Below are positions 14,588 to 28,799 of a stretch of 64,000 bases of DNA, piece after piece (the stretch's first letter is position 1; the number at the start of each line of letters is the position of its first letter). The stretch covers positions 14,818,001 through 14,882,000 of the forward strand of contig CM022679.1 of the NCBI GenBank assembly GCA_012295275.1, read 5' to 3'. A program made the translations under genes and the position numbers. The notes under the pieces are model-generated. The model was given only the letters and a program-made list of their open reading frames with translations. It had not been told where the DNA came from and ran no database searches. Origin of the DNA: Chrysomallon squamiferum (lineage: Eukaryota; Animalia; Mollusca).

Positions 14588-17105
14588 TTATAAATTGACG
14601 TCAGCATTAACAAGAAGTGGAAAAGTTTCCAGCAGCCAGTCCACTGCACTTTTGTCGTCTGCATCGTCTGGTGGAGTTTTTCCTGTTTTGAAATTATTCA
14701 GTTCAGTGACACGGTGAGTCTCTCCTGATTTCAAGCATACAACCATCATCTTTTCACTTTTGGAAGCAGTTGCTATTGCCAAATCGATTATTTGTTTCCA
14801 ATGTGTGTTTGGCGTATCGGAATTAACAACAACAACAATGCATCGAATACGAGGCATTAATTGTTTATAAGAAAACACTTCATCCACTGAATTAAACGCA
14901 AGCTCATCATTTCTCGTGACTTCAAGACCTGCATAGTTTTCCAGAATTTCCTGAATCTTCGTTGAAACCTCAGATGTTCCCCAGTCGTCTTTGTCATGGA
15001 GTATCATGACATCAGCACCATTTATTTCATCTTCTTTCTTCCTTTTGTAATAGAATGTAAAAATCCTTCTGAAACAAGACCAAGCTTTACTCGGTGACTC
15101 GCCTCTTGATAAGATCTGCTGTGCTGTTTTCAGGTAAACTCGATTGACGAGAGAAGAAGGAATGTCATCAGCTTGTTGCGTACCCATCAGCAGACTTACA
15201 CACAGTCTGGCATTTTCGTACTCTTGTCGGTTAAGATATTCCTCTGTAATTCCAATCCAGTCTTCTGGTCCCAGCTTTCGGTTTTGAATATTCTCATAAA
15301 TCGGAAGAGAATGGGTGAATTCACTGATCATACAGTAGACATTTTAACTTCCCACGGTATTTCTACTCCACGTGGACCATTTCTTTGCTTCAGCAAATCA
15401 GATACTGTTCTAAAATGAGTGCGATATTTATACAGCACTTCTGGCGCATAAACTTCTATAGCAAGAATTTTGTAGTTTACTTCTTCTTTCCTGATCCGAG
15501 CTCGTTCACCTGGAGAAAGACTCCGATTTTTATCTTTCTCCAAACAGATAATACTCATTTTCTCCAAAGCAGTAAATTTATAGAACGGACTGGTAGGATT
15601 TTCCGGACTTTCTATTATATTTCTTAGAACCATTTCAGCATCTTCATAGCCTCTTTTGCTTATGTAAGCAGAAGCCAAGTCAATTGCTGCAGCATGATTT
15701 TCGCCGTGTGTGATTTCAACGGCCTTTTCTAGATTGTGGATCGCACGCTGAAATGTACTCGGGTTCCTTTCATTTTTCGATTTTCTCAGCAGAACTTTTC
15801 CCAGGTGATGAAGAGCATTGCCTGTTGGCAGAAGCCTGACTGACTCTTCTAACAGTTTCTCAGCCTTATCCAGCTGCTTTGCGTTTAGGAAATGCTTACC
15901 GCAGCTTGCAAGTACAAAGGGGACCTGCCTGCCTAAATCAAGAGCTTTCTGGAAATATTCCTCGCGCGAAAGCAGTCGAGTTTGTTTGTGCACCTCTTCT
16001 ACCAGCTTTTTATCTTGAAATGGCGTCCATCCAAATTCAAGCCGTTTCGCTAAATCCCCAAGCTCGGCATACGCCATGGCATTAAATGGTTCTGGTCCCT
16101 TACTGCCGACTTCTTGTAGCAGTTTACAGCATCTAACCGCGTATTCAACCATATTGATACCGACCTGAATTGAGTAGCTTTGAGCGGTCAGAGATCGAGA
16201 CCGTCTAAGGTGCCTGGGATCCTGGCCTTGAAAGATCCCTCTCCAAATTTCCACTCGTATTCTTCTGGATATTTCTGATTCACCTTTCTGTACAGCTCCA
16301 GTGCCTTTGGATAAGAAGCTGGTGATATTCGAGCATAGCTGAATTGAAATAAGCAAAGTTCAGCTTCAGCCACAAATTTCCATTCGCATTCTTCTCTGAT
16401 TCACCTTTCTGGTCTCCCTTCAGATTTTCCAGTTCGATTAATTCTGATTCAGCAGAACGATCGTCTACTTTCTGCAGAAAACGCACACGGTTTGCACGAG
16501 CTACAATGTTAGTAGGGTCTCGGCGACAGACTTTTAAATTTATCTCGATTGCCGAGTCTCGATCTCCTAGCAAAAGTGCAAAAAGGAAATAAAATTGTCG
16601 TCTCGATTTCTTTCCATCAAACTGCGTTTCTCTTCTTCTTGTTCTCGTTGTACCTTTTCAAGTACTTTTTTTCTCTATGCTGTTTTGAGCAGTACATGAG
16701 ATCTGTAAGGTGAAAGGAGTGAGGAAACGATTCCAATCTCTTTTCGAAGGAAATGTCCTCATCCGCAGCTGAAAAATAAAATGTACTTAAGTGCCGTTCT
16801 AAAGATCAGAAGATAAAATTGCAGATACGTAATCATAAAATGTTTCATTCACTGAATCTCTCTCCTTCTATCTTGTATAAACATGTGTGTGTGTTTGTTT
16901 GTCTTTTTATTCAGATATCTGAATATAAATGTCTGTGAGAGAGAGTGTCGTGTTCATGAAAGTAAGTAGAAGAGTTTTGCCTAAAGTAGTAATGCAACAA
17001 AATACAATTGTTTCATTATCATTGTAACTAGTACTTCTCACCAGTTTTTATCCTTGCAAAATCCGCCTCTAATGACGTTGTTCTCTGCTGTTTCTTCGCA
17101 GCCAT
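14588..17105 (-). pseudogene. TPR-TIR family copy 2, full length but frameshifted (start exon 17042-17105; main exon 16768-14588)
   Basis: ORFs 16280-16573, 16188-16373, 15328-16356 and 14588-15331 are consecutive pieces of one paralog. Indels lie near 16670, 16575, 16200-16410 and 15340. Confidence 0.85.
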
Positions 17106-19669
17106 TATCCTGAAAGAAAGTTATACAATAGTTTATTAATTTCTTTTTTCTATTGTAATGAAGACCATACATTTATGTGTATGTTTAGATCACAGAATAA
17201 TCAAATAAATTTCAAGCGGCTCGATTTTAAAATGAATGAAGAAGAATAAACTAATTAAATAATAATAATAATAATAACAATAATAATAATAATAATCATA
17301 GAAAGAAAAAGAAAGAAAGAAAGAAAAAAACTAAAAAAAGAAACAGAAAAGAAAAGTTTGCTCACTCTTAAATACTAATTTTATTATCAAAATCTTACTT
17401 GTTCCAAGAAAGGATTACCTTGGATTTAGGAGTAGTTTCCTCCTTGTGTATTTGTATATTACTATTTGTTCTAGCTATATCATTTACATAATCAGTAAAC
17501 TATTCGTGAATTATAGTTATGATTTTAATGGACAAAAAGGCGTATACTCTGAATAACAAAGTCTTAAATCAAACTGACTGTTTCTTGCTAAAGGTTTTTT
17601 ACTCTCAAAGGATCTGTGAGTATTATAGAAATTAATACCTTCTATTTTCCGTTTTAAATTCCGAAAATCGGTTCAATGGGAGGAGATAATTTTTGTAAAA
17701 GTATATAAGAAACTTTTTATAATAAGGTTATGTTATGTGTAGGTTTAAATATTAAAGAAAATATTCTTATTTTGAAAGCAATATCAAACTGATGTAAGGA
17801 TTTTTTATGATTATTATTATTTATTTTGTTTTCTTCCGAGTGTTCTAACCTGCAGAAGAATCAAACTTAGCTACCTCAATCTTACTGACTTCAAAAAAAT
17901 CTTTAACGTTTATTTAGCACATCTTGTCTCTTCTGAGCTAACGTACATTTTTATTTAATGTCATGCGTTATTTCTTTATAACTCTTCTTTCTATTAGTAA
18001 CATCTCTTATATATAAAAAGGCCATTCGTGAACCAGATATACATTTTAATGCTAAATTAAATTTTATTCTCTATGAGATTTAGCTATTTAGCGAACGTGA
18101 TTTAAGAAACTGAAACCATGCTTTAGTAGTTTTCGGGAATTATCAAAATTAGGTATGCATTCTTTCCGCTAATTTATTCAGTTTGCTAAAGTAGATGCAG
18201 AATTTAATCAGCGAGTTTAGAAATGTGATATCCAATACATATTTTAATGCTATTTTTTTAATATTTATTTTCTACGAAATTTACCTATTAATGTTCCAGG
18301 ACATGATTAAACTGTAAAAGCACATTCAACTAACCGTCGTGGAAGTGGGGGAAAAAAATGAGGTAAATATTCGGATCAGTGAACACACTTAGATATATAA
18401 TGTCTACTGAGAGAACTTGCTTTATATAACGAAAAGCCAGAAAAAAAGATAAAAGAAATCTAGAAAGAAAGAAAGATAGAGAGAAAATAAGAAAAACGTT
18501 TCGACCCTTATAGCTCCTTTTAACTTCGTTCATACCAAATAAATCCTAACATATACATAGCATATATTTATATTTCTTTATCTAATAAAACTAGGATTCC
18601 CATCATTTCTAAGTCTTATTCACTTTTATCACACTGCATGAGTCAGATATATGACTGCTGTCAGCCGGTACATAAAAATACACAAACAAAAAGGCGTGTG
18701 TCAAGTTACGTTAGTGAAATAAGCAATAAATAGCGAGTAAAGAAACCTGGAACATGTAAGAAGTATTTATAAAGCAGTTTGTAGTAGAATTTACTGTGCT
18801 CTATAACATAACGAAATTGCATATGTCTAATGTTTCGATCAGAGAACAATGAAACAAATGGCATTCGACTAGATTTTAAATTTAATATTGCAAAAATAAG
18901 ATAATGAACAGAAACACAATCTTTGCCTTACCTTTATCTAATTATCAATTTTTGTTAGGGCATTCAAATTTTATTCTTTTCAAAAAACATTTCCCATCGA
19001 TTTATGTGTTGTTATTGTGTCTGTGCTAAGCTCAATTTTCAGTTACCTGTTGTGTTATTTTATTCTTGTGTATTTGTACTTCCTTGTAGTTATAACTTGT
19101 ATATCAGTCAACTATTCGTGAATCATAGATGTGATTTAATGCACAGGTAATGAGTAAACTATTAGCTAAATTTAAAGTATAAGATCGGATTAACAAATCT
19201 TAAATCAAACTTGCACTGGTTCTTTTTCTCGCTGGTTGGATTTCCTTACTCTCAAATGAACAGTCAAAAACTAGGATAGCTTTACCTTTTCACTTTTTTA
19301 TATATCAGGTGTCTACTTTACTTATTGAAACTGCAAAAATAGGTAAAATAAAACTAGTTAAACTATACAAACGAAGTTACCTGACAAGGTAATATAATAG
19401 CCTTGTTGCGTGACAACAATATAAACACATTCTTGATCACAAAGCTTTAATGTATCTATTGGTTTCATACGTTATCAAACCCAGAGATCTTCCATTTTAC
19501 TATTTTCTTCTTGTGTATTCATGTATTACACTTCATGACCTTCTTACGTGAAAACAGTGTAAACACATTCATGACTATAACCGGTTATTATATACACATC
19601 CCCGCCAGAACATAATCCATTTTATTTTAAAATAGCTAATACAATGAAATACTGAGCCTTCATAATTTT

Positions 19670-19703
19670 CTTCTTTTTCTTCTTCTTCTTCTTCTTCTTC
19701 TTC

Positions 19704-19785
<82 letters not shown>

Positions 19786-19800
19786 TACTATTACTACTAC

Positions 19801-19870
<70 letters not shown>

Positions 19871-19880
19871 TTTATTATCT
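19670..19880. repeat. Compound (TTC)n/(TAT)n/(TAC)n microsatellite
   Basis: Direct read; paralogous tract at ~54950-55130. Confidence 0.95.
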
Positions 19881-20484
19881 ATTTTTCTGTAGCAGGTTTG
19901 TAACCTGCAGAAAATAAAACTAAATAAATTGTGTTAATAAAATATATTTTTTAATCCTAACATGAACAGTAAATTCCACTAAATTTTGTTATTTAGTAAA
20001 CGTGATTAAACAAACTGAAACTACGCATTAGTAATTTTCCTCGAAATAGAAGTGCATTAGTTCAGCGAACCTATTGGTTTTTTGTAATGAGGTGCTAGAT
20101 TAATGAACGTATTTAGAAATGTGATATGAAACAACTATTTTAAAGCTAACTTTATATATCTAGTTTCTATGCAATTTAGCTATTCATTTTCGCGAACGTG
20201 ATTAAACAAAGTCAGAGCACACGTGACTAATTTTCGTGGAAGTAGAAAAATAAGCTAACTATTCGGATGAATGAGCACGTTTGTAAACACCATGGCTCTT
20301 CTTAGTGAACTCGTTGTGTATCTAAAGAAAAAAGGTTTCCCTCGCCTGAACTAAAGCTAACCAACAAACAACTCATATTTTGTTTTTTCTTTTTTTTTTT
20401 TTTTTACTTTAGGACTCACAGCAGTTCTAACTGTATTTATTTTTTTATCACACAACATGAATTAAAAACACTACGGCTGTCAGC

Positions 20485-20524
<40 letters not shown>

Positions 20525-21293
20525 CAATACAGAAACAGAAACGAGTTTACGAAATTAGTTCACTGAAATGTACAAGAAATACAGTGAGTAAAAACAATCG
20601 GGAGATGCAAGAAATATTTATAAAGCTGATTGCAGTAGAATTCATCTTGTCCTGTAAATTACACCTGTCAAAAAAGTAAGACAACAGACAACAGTGAACC
20701 TAAAGACGAGTCTTGATTTTAAATTTAATAAGTACAAAAAAATCATTAAACAAAAATCTTCACCTTACTATTATTTAAATACTCAGTTTCATTAAGGCAT
20801 ACAAATCTACTGGTTTCAAAATGCTTCCCATCGATTTACCTGTTCTTACCTTTTTTGTGCTAAGCAGAATTTCCAGTTAATATCTCGTGTTATTTCGTTC
20901 TTGGATATTTGTATATTATACTTCCTTGTAATTATAACTTATATACATTAACTATTCGTGAATCACAATTAACATTTAATACACAAGTAATGAATATCCT
21001 ATTAGCTAAAGATAAATTTCAAGATCGTAAAAGAATTATTAAATCAAACTGACAGGTTTTCTCTGGACATTACTTACTCCCAAACTAACCGTCAGTGTTA
21101 TATAAATCACTGCTGTCTACTTTCCCCTTTGAATTCCATGAATCCGTTCAGAAAGATGATATGACTGTTGTAAAAAACTATTTTAAAAATGTTTCCTAAT
21201 ACTGTATTATTCCGTTTGAGTTTAAATACTAAAGAAAATATTATTTGGAATGCCAGAGAAAATTGGATATGACATTATTATTGTTATAGTTAC

Positions 21294-21368
<75 letters not shown>

Positions 21369-23337
21369 CCTCATCATCTGTTTTTCTTCTCAGTGTTGTA
21401 ATCTGCAGAGATATAAAACTAAGTAAAATTCTGAATTAGATATATATTTTTTTTAAATTCTAACTCGAAATTTTGTTATTTAGTAAAGGTGATTAAATAA
21501 AGTGAAACAACGCATCAGTAATTTTCGTGGAAATAGAAGTACAAGGTTTACGTCCGTTCAGCGAACTTATCTGTTTTGTGTAATACTAGATGCTGGATGA
21601 ATGAACGTATTTACAAATGTGATATGAAATAAATATTTTAATGGCAACTTTATACGTTTATTTCCAACGTAATTTAACTATTAATTTTCGCGAACGTGAT
21701 TACACAAAGTCAGAGCACATGTGAGTAATTTTCATGGAAATAAAAAAATAAGCCATATAGATATATTCGGATCAATGAACATGTTTAGAAATAAACAAAC
21801 TGAAACACGAATCAGTAATTTATGGAAACAAGAATAAGGTGTACGTTCGTCATCGAATTTATTTCGTTTGTGTAACTAGACACTGGATAATTATTTAGAA
21901 ATGTAACATGAAATAATAAATTTAATGCTAACTTGATATATTTATTTTCTAAGTAATTTAACTTTTAATTTTCGAGGACGTGATTAAACAGATAGAGAAA
22001 CATAAGCTATATATTCGGATCAGTGAACACGTTTGGAAATATCATGTTTACTTTCTGAACTCGCTGAGGATGTGAAAAAAAAAAAAGTATACCTCGCTTG
22101 AACTAATGCTAGCCTGTACGCCAGTCATATTTCTATTTTGTTATCTAAAAACACTAGGACTCAACAGTTCTACATGTTATTCACTTTTATCAGCTATATG
22201 AATCAAAAATATCAATGCTATCAGCCGATATATAACACTACAGAAAAAAGGTGTGCGAAATTAGGTCATTGAAATATACAAGAAATATAGCCAGTAAGGA
22301 CGCTGGAAATCTTAGAAATATTTGTTAAATAGTTTTTAGTAGGAATTTTCCTTTTTCTTTTTACATAATTTTGAAAAGTCACAGCTTTATAGCGTTTGTT
22401 TCAGAGAATAATCAACGAAATGACCTGCGTCTAGATTTTAAATGTAAAAGAAATAAAATAATTAAACAATAATACTACTAATAAAAAGATTTCTCCCTCC
22501 GCATCGATTTAGGTGAGCTTCTCTTTTCTGAAATAAACTGACATTTGACATAATGTGTTGTGTTATTTGTCCTTGAGTATTTGTGTATTACATTTCGTGG
22601 TAGTGATAATTTACATATCACTACATAATTCATGAACGCATTTTATATTTTAATTGACAAGTAATAAATAAAATATTACTTAAATATTCACTAATAACAA
22701 AACTTAAATCAAACTTACACGTTCTCCCAGGGTGTTCCTTACTCTGAAACGAACAAACACTGTGATAGTTTTACCTTTTTAGTTAGATATATATATATAT
22801 CAGGTTTCGACTTTACTTATTCAAATTCCAAGAATCGATACAATAAAACTAGATAATCAATGTGAACGCTATATAAGGGAGGTCACCTAATAACGCAATG
22901 TAATAACCTTGTTGCGTGACAAAAATATAAACACATTCATAACCACACAGCTTTACTGTATCTATGTGCTTTGTACGTTATCAAGCCCAGAGATCCTCCA
23001 TTTTATTATTTTCTTTTTGTGTATTTGTAAATTACACATCATGACCTTCTTGCGTGACAACAGTATAAACACATTCATGACTATAACCCCTTGTTATGTA
23101 ACTCATGCCCGCCAGGACAGTCTGTTTTAGTTTAAAATAACTAATACAGTGAAATACTGAGTTCTAATGACAGAAGTAAATATATTTAATATATTTTATA
23201 TTTTGAAATATTTATCTGGAAAACGATATCAGTTTGACAAGGAAGCCTTAGTAAATTTCTTCTTCTTCTTCTTCTTTATTTTATAGTTATTATTCTCATT
23301 ATTGCTATTATTATTGTTATCATTATTATTATTATTA

Positions 23338-23407
<70 letters not shown>

Positions 23408-23777
23408 CAACTATTATATTACTACTATTATCATTCAGTTAAAGCTTCCAAGAAAATTTCTAACTTCTCTTAACAAACTTTACGATCCAGATTCGTAAGT
23501 TTCTTTTATTATGAGGAAAACAGCATTTTTAATCTGTTGTTTCGTTTACCTCTTTTATAATAGTTCGTATCAATACATTAATTTTCGTGCAGTTAGAAAT
23601 AGAATAACATGAACTTTGAGTATTGTGTATATCTGAATAAACTGTTAGAATTGTTCTTACTCAGGCGAAACTAAACGTCTACCCGTCTCTGTGTATGAAG
23701 TTGTTTCGTTATCCGGATTCGCTTCAAGGGCGGATAATGGGTGGTTGTCAGTTGCTCGGAAGGTTTTCGCGGCTAAT

Positions 23778-23810
<33 letters not shown>

Positions 23811-26479
23811 AATAATAATAATAAAGCGTGTGTATTGAATGTTTTCTAAAATGGTAATGCTATGATATGCAAGAATACAAACACACCAATCACCGTATGT
23901 CCTTAATATGTATAATAAATTATTATTTAGAAACATAATATGTCTAATGACAAATGAATTATCTGAAAGAAGGCAGGCTGTTTGCTGGTTATTGATACAG
24001 AAATAAAACACGTGGGAGGTAATATCCACAGTTTGCAACTTTCAATTTCCAGAGATCATTTCCATTAAAATTATGTGCATCGTCATCTTTTTTATTATTT
24101 TATTTTTTTCTTTGCGGATACAAAATATATTTTCTAATCCTCTCCAATATATTTCATTTCACGTCAAACATGACTTCCAAGACTTTAAGTGTTTAGGTCA
24201 GGGTACATCTAAATGTAGCACTGACTCTCTGAGAAGTTAAGTTCTAAATAAAAACAAAATCAGTCTTATACACATTGAAGTATTCACCTACAATGAACAC
24301 CCTTGTTCATTTGCCAATATACGTCAGGCGGTATTGAAATTCTAAATATGTTTTATTGTGAAATGAACTGAAACACGATCACTCAGTGTTAAGTAGTTTA
24401 CCATGACACGGGTATTCACACCTAGAACAAAACGTATGGCTAACTAGTTGCTTTGATACCGATATATAAGATGTCACCCACTATTTCTTAAAATAGTATT
24501 TGTACATGTTACACCCGAACACAGGTATAATGTTCAGTATTAACCTTGGAAAAAATAATTTGTCTGCCAAATTTTAAAGATATTTCAAACAGTACCGTTT
24601 ATTTATTAATGTCTGGCGTTTTCTTATTATCAATATGAGATAATTTAAATGTATATTTCCGTCTTTATATATGTGAAAAGCTTAATGAACTGGATACGTT
24701 AAAGGTTTGCCCGTTGCGAACGTATGTAATGTACTCTATTTTAGGTACATGTATGTGTATTACTTGAACTGTATCCACCTTTCTTACATATTCAGCGTCT
24801 TAGTAATTCTGACTTCTGTTGATTATAAATGAATTGTTTATAATTTCATATTTTGTAATTTTCAATTTGAGCCTTTGATATCTTTACTTATTTTAACTGT
24901 TCTTGTTTTATTTTGTTCTGATTTTATTTTAGTTCGATTTCCGTGTCTATATACCCCCAGTTAAGCCGGTGTTCAGTCCCCAGGAAGTAAACATTTGAAA
25001 TTATCACATTTTATGTTTTCATTGCACATACAGTATCTGCATGTTAAGAGATTTTGTGCGCTCTCTATCATGAAACTGGACTATGAATGTTTGAAATAAA
25101 CGTGTAGATAAAGTAACACGCATGAGATGAATCAATAACGTTACAGTCAAATAGAAGTATAATTTCTAAATACTAGCATATACAGATATACACCTGTTAG
25201 TTGTTCTTGCCGTTTGATAAATCTGGTTTGACCAAGCTGTAAATCTGAAATGAATTTTAAAAGAAAAATGCAGTGAGACATATTTATATATAAGTAATAA
25301 CGAATTTATAAAAATAAAGAATGAAGTTTTGAAATTAACTATCATTTATATAATAATAATAATAATAATAAAAGAAAAATTACTAATGCAATCAAGTAAG
25401 AAACAATTAACATGTTGAAAGAGCGGCCTAGGTATTCTGTCATTTATTTATTTGTTTGTTTATTTATTTATTTATTTATATATTTACTGATTCGGTTATT
25501 TTTCACATACTTCAATCAGATTATCAAGCTTAAAGGTTCAACAAAAATTAATATTTTCTCCTGTATAACGTTAAATACAATAATTTATATGTTTATTATT
25601 ATTACGTTTTAATCATTTCACATTATTTTTATTTATATTTAAATTTCAGTTTCTTTGCTGTAAGAAATATTCGGACTCGTCAAGGGGAATAACTCCTGTT
25701 AGAACTCGCTGTTTCCTTGCATCCTGAATTCAACTTTCTAATAAAAATATAAATACCAGTAACAGTGATTTAGATTACAGAAATCGTTTCCATTTATTCT
25801 ATTTTATTTTATTTTTATATATATATATATATATCAAGTTATTATGAACACTAAATGCATGCTGAAATAGAGCTTCAACTCGGCAAGGTTAATTAGCTTT
25901 CAACGTATGTTCAAAACATTATGACGTCACCGCGTATCCTAGACACCACTGTCGATGTTGTGAACAAACAAAAGTGGTATTTAGAGAACAAATGGGGTTG
26001 TTTGATATATTTCAAAGAGAAGCTCAAATTAAAAAGTTGGTTACTTCTGTGTAAGTAATTATACAGACCAAAAGAAACAAACAAAACTGCAACAAACAAA
26101 AGCGTTTAGTTTAGATTAATAAACACAAAAGGATATAATTATATTTATATGAATAAACAAATATTGTTCCGTTTACGTAAATATTTGCATACATACCTAT
26201 GCACATGCCCACATTCATATATTTATCCGTTCCTTTTGTGTGTTCTTTATTTATTTAATTATTTATTTATTAATAGCAAAACAATAATAATTACTAATAA
26301 AATAACTATTTTATATGTCAAAAAAGAGATAATAATATTTACAAGAAGTGAAAACTTAAAAATCAGCAGCATCAGCAGCAACAACCATAACAAAAGAAGA
26401 AAAACAGAAGAAAAAGAAAAACAATAAGATGATGACAGTGATGACGATATTAATGATGATGATGATGATGATGATGATG

Positions 26480-26514
<35 letters not shown>

Positions 26515-27224
26515 GTGTTTTTTCACAAATGTTGTTGTTGCTCCTGTTTTATTTCTACTATGTGAATGATCTAAATTTTCATGTTGTTTAAATGTGTTAA
26601 TTAGTTTTTCTGTGTTGTTCATTAGCATAAAAATAAAAATAACTTATTACTACTACTACCACTACTACTACTAATATTACTAGTTCCATTAGATACTACT
26701 ACGAGAACTATTACTGCAGATTCTGCTGCTACTAATTGTGCTGTTGTTGTTGTTATTACGATTATTATTATCATTATTATTTTTTCTTCTGGTAAGTGAA
26801 GTCGTACTGATGTCAAAGACTGCCTGTCCAGAAAGATATAATCAGTGAACGAAAGAATGAATAACTGAATGAAGGAACGAATTAATTAAAGAATAAAGAT
26901 TGGTTTAATTAATGAATACATTAAATAATAAATAAATGGAAGAATGAGTCAATGAATGAATATAAATGTCTAATATATTTTAAAATTACCAATATCAGAC
27001 TATTGCTTTCTTCATTTCTTTCTTCTTCTCTTTTTCTTTATTTTAAGTTAATTACATCGCGTTTTTTGTTTGTTTGTTTTTAAATGTAGGATGATTATCA
27101 AGAAAATTCGAAAGACCAAAATGCCAAACAAAAGTGGAAAAAGTGTGTAAGTGTATTAAAAACATAAGAATTACACTTGTATTCTTTTGTCTCTCTGTGG
27201 CGTATATGTTTTGAAGACGTATTT

Positions 27225-27228
<4 letters not shown>

Positions 27229-27319
<91 letters not shown>
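27229..27319. repeat. (GA)n microsatellite in shared 3' flank
   Basis: Direct read; paralogous tracts at ~37303-37411 and ~61246-61374. Confidence 0.95.
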
Positions 27320-27321
<2 letters not shown>

Positions 27322-27650
27322 CAGTGAACAAAATTTCTTTAACGATCACAAAAAACAATCAAACCAACTTGTCTGTATCTCTCTATATATCTGACGATCT
27401 ATATCTATCTATCTTTCTAATATTTATTTATTGTTGATTCATCGCATTAGTACTATTGATACTTAGATTTGTTCAATTATATCATTTTATTTATTTATTT
27501 ATTTATTTTTATTTTTTCAGATCATCAGGATTTGAAAGTGGACTGGATTGTTATTCCTTAACAAATCACGATACTGCTAATTTTTATTTAATTACGTAAC
27601 AACCATTATTATCAGCAATAGTTGTAGTACTGTTAATAGCAGCAGTAGTC

Positions 27651-27684
<34 letters not shown>

Positions 27685-27936
27685 TTTTAGTCCTACATAT
27701 TCTTTCTATATTTTAAATTAGAAACGCATCTAAATACGAGAAAATTAAATTTTCTAATTTAAATTATATTCATTACCTCATTACTGTTCTTGTTGTTGTT
27801 ATTGTCAATGATGTAATAGTAGTTATAGTAGCAGTAGCAACAGTGCCACATTTTACGGTTCTTGTTATTGTTATTCTCATACCTGATGTCACCTTTACTG
27901 TTGTTCTATTTCTTTTTCGTTTAATCATTAAAATTA

Positions 27937-27976
<40 letters not shown>

Positions 27977-28323
27977 TTTTTATTATTATTTTTATTATTA
28001 TTGTTATTATTATTATTATTATTATAGACACTAAGATGAAAAGGTCAAAAGGTCGGTGTAGACATTCACCTGATAACAGTAACTTCACACAAAGCTCTTT
28101 ATATAAAAATAGGATGAATTAAAACAGCTTACACTTCCAACTCTAAATTACAAAATCACCAAAAACTATTCACATACAAAGATTTTATCATTCACACAAT
28201 TCGCTGACCTGGATGCACAATTACACACAAAACAATAAAAACAGACAAGGATACTCTAAAGCAGCATTTTATTCAAGTATAATTAGTTTATATTTAGATA
28301 TAGACACGTAATATATGTATATT

Positions 28324-28370
<47 letters not shown>

Positions 28371-28681
28371 AGAGAAGTTGTGATACTATTATCATCCAAC
28401 TATTATCATCCTTCTGAATATTTAGATTACACAAATTTCATTTCAAGCACAAAGTTATTTTTCTTTTCTAAGCTCTACATATATATTGTTTTCTTCTTCA
28501 AAAATAAACCTTATTTTCTGACTATTTACTTATATTCATAAAATTGAAAATTTCAGTAATGGAAATCATTTCCACTTCTAGCAGTTTCTTAAGAATGGAT
28601 CTTAATATAATTGTAATTATTTGTTTAATTTGTGTTGTTCCTATTGTTGTTGTTTACCTTCAAATTATTATTATTATTATT

Positions 28682-28719
<38 letters not shown>

Positions 28720-28799
28720 TAAAATGTTTATTATTATTCTGGCTTACAAGTCATGCAAGTTCATTTGAATTTCTACTTAGCATTTGTAAATTATCAAAT

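Larger units (their letters stand above)
13660..23900. repeat. Large segmental duplication, copy A
   Basis: 13660-15270 matches 48275-49880, and 15525-23900 matches 51620-59040, including long non-coding stretches. Confidence 0.9.

Noticed and set aside
15173-16085. Plus-strand ORFs overlapping TPR-TIR copies (also 29376, 30139, 40149, 40680, 49756, 50549, 52548)
   Set aside because: Antisense shadows of the minus-strand coding sequence.
22909-23130. Recurrent ORF MLRDK.INTF (also 46335, 58115)
   Set aside because: TTG start within a recently duplicated non-coding module; recurrence is explained by DNA duplication.
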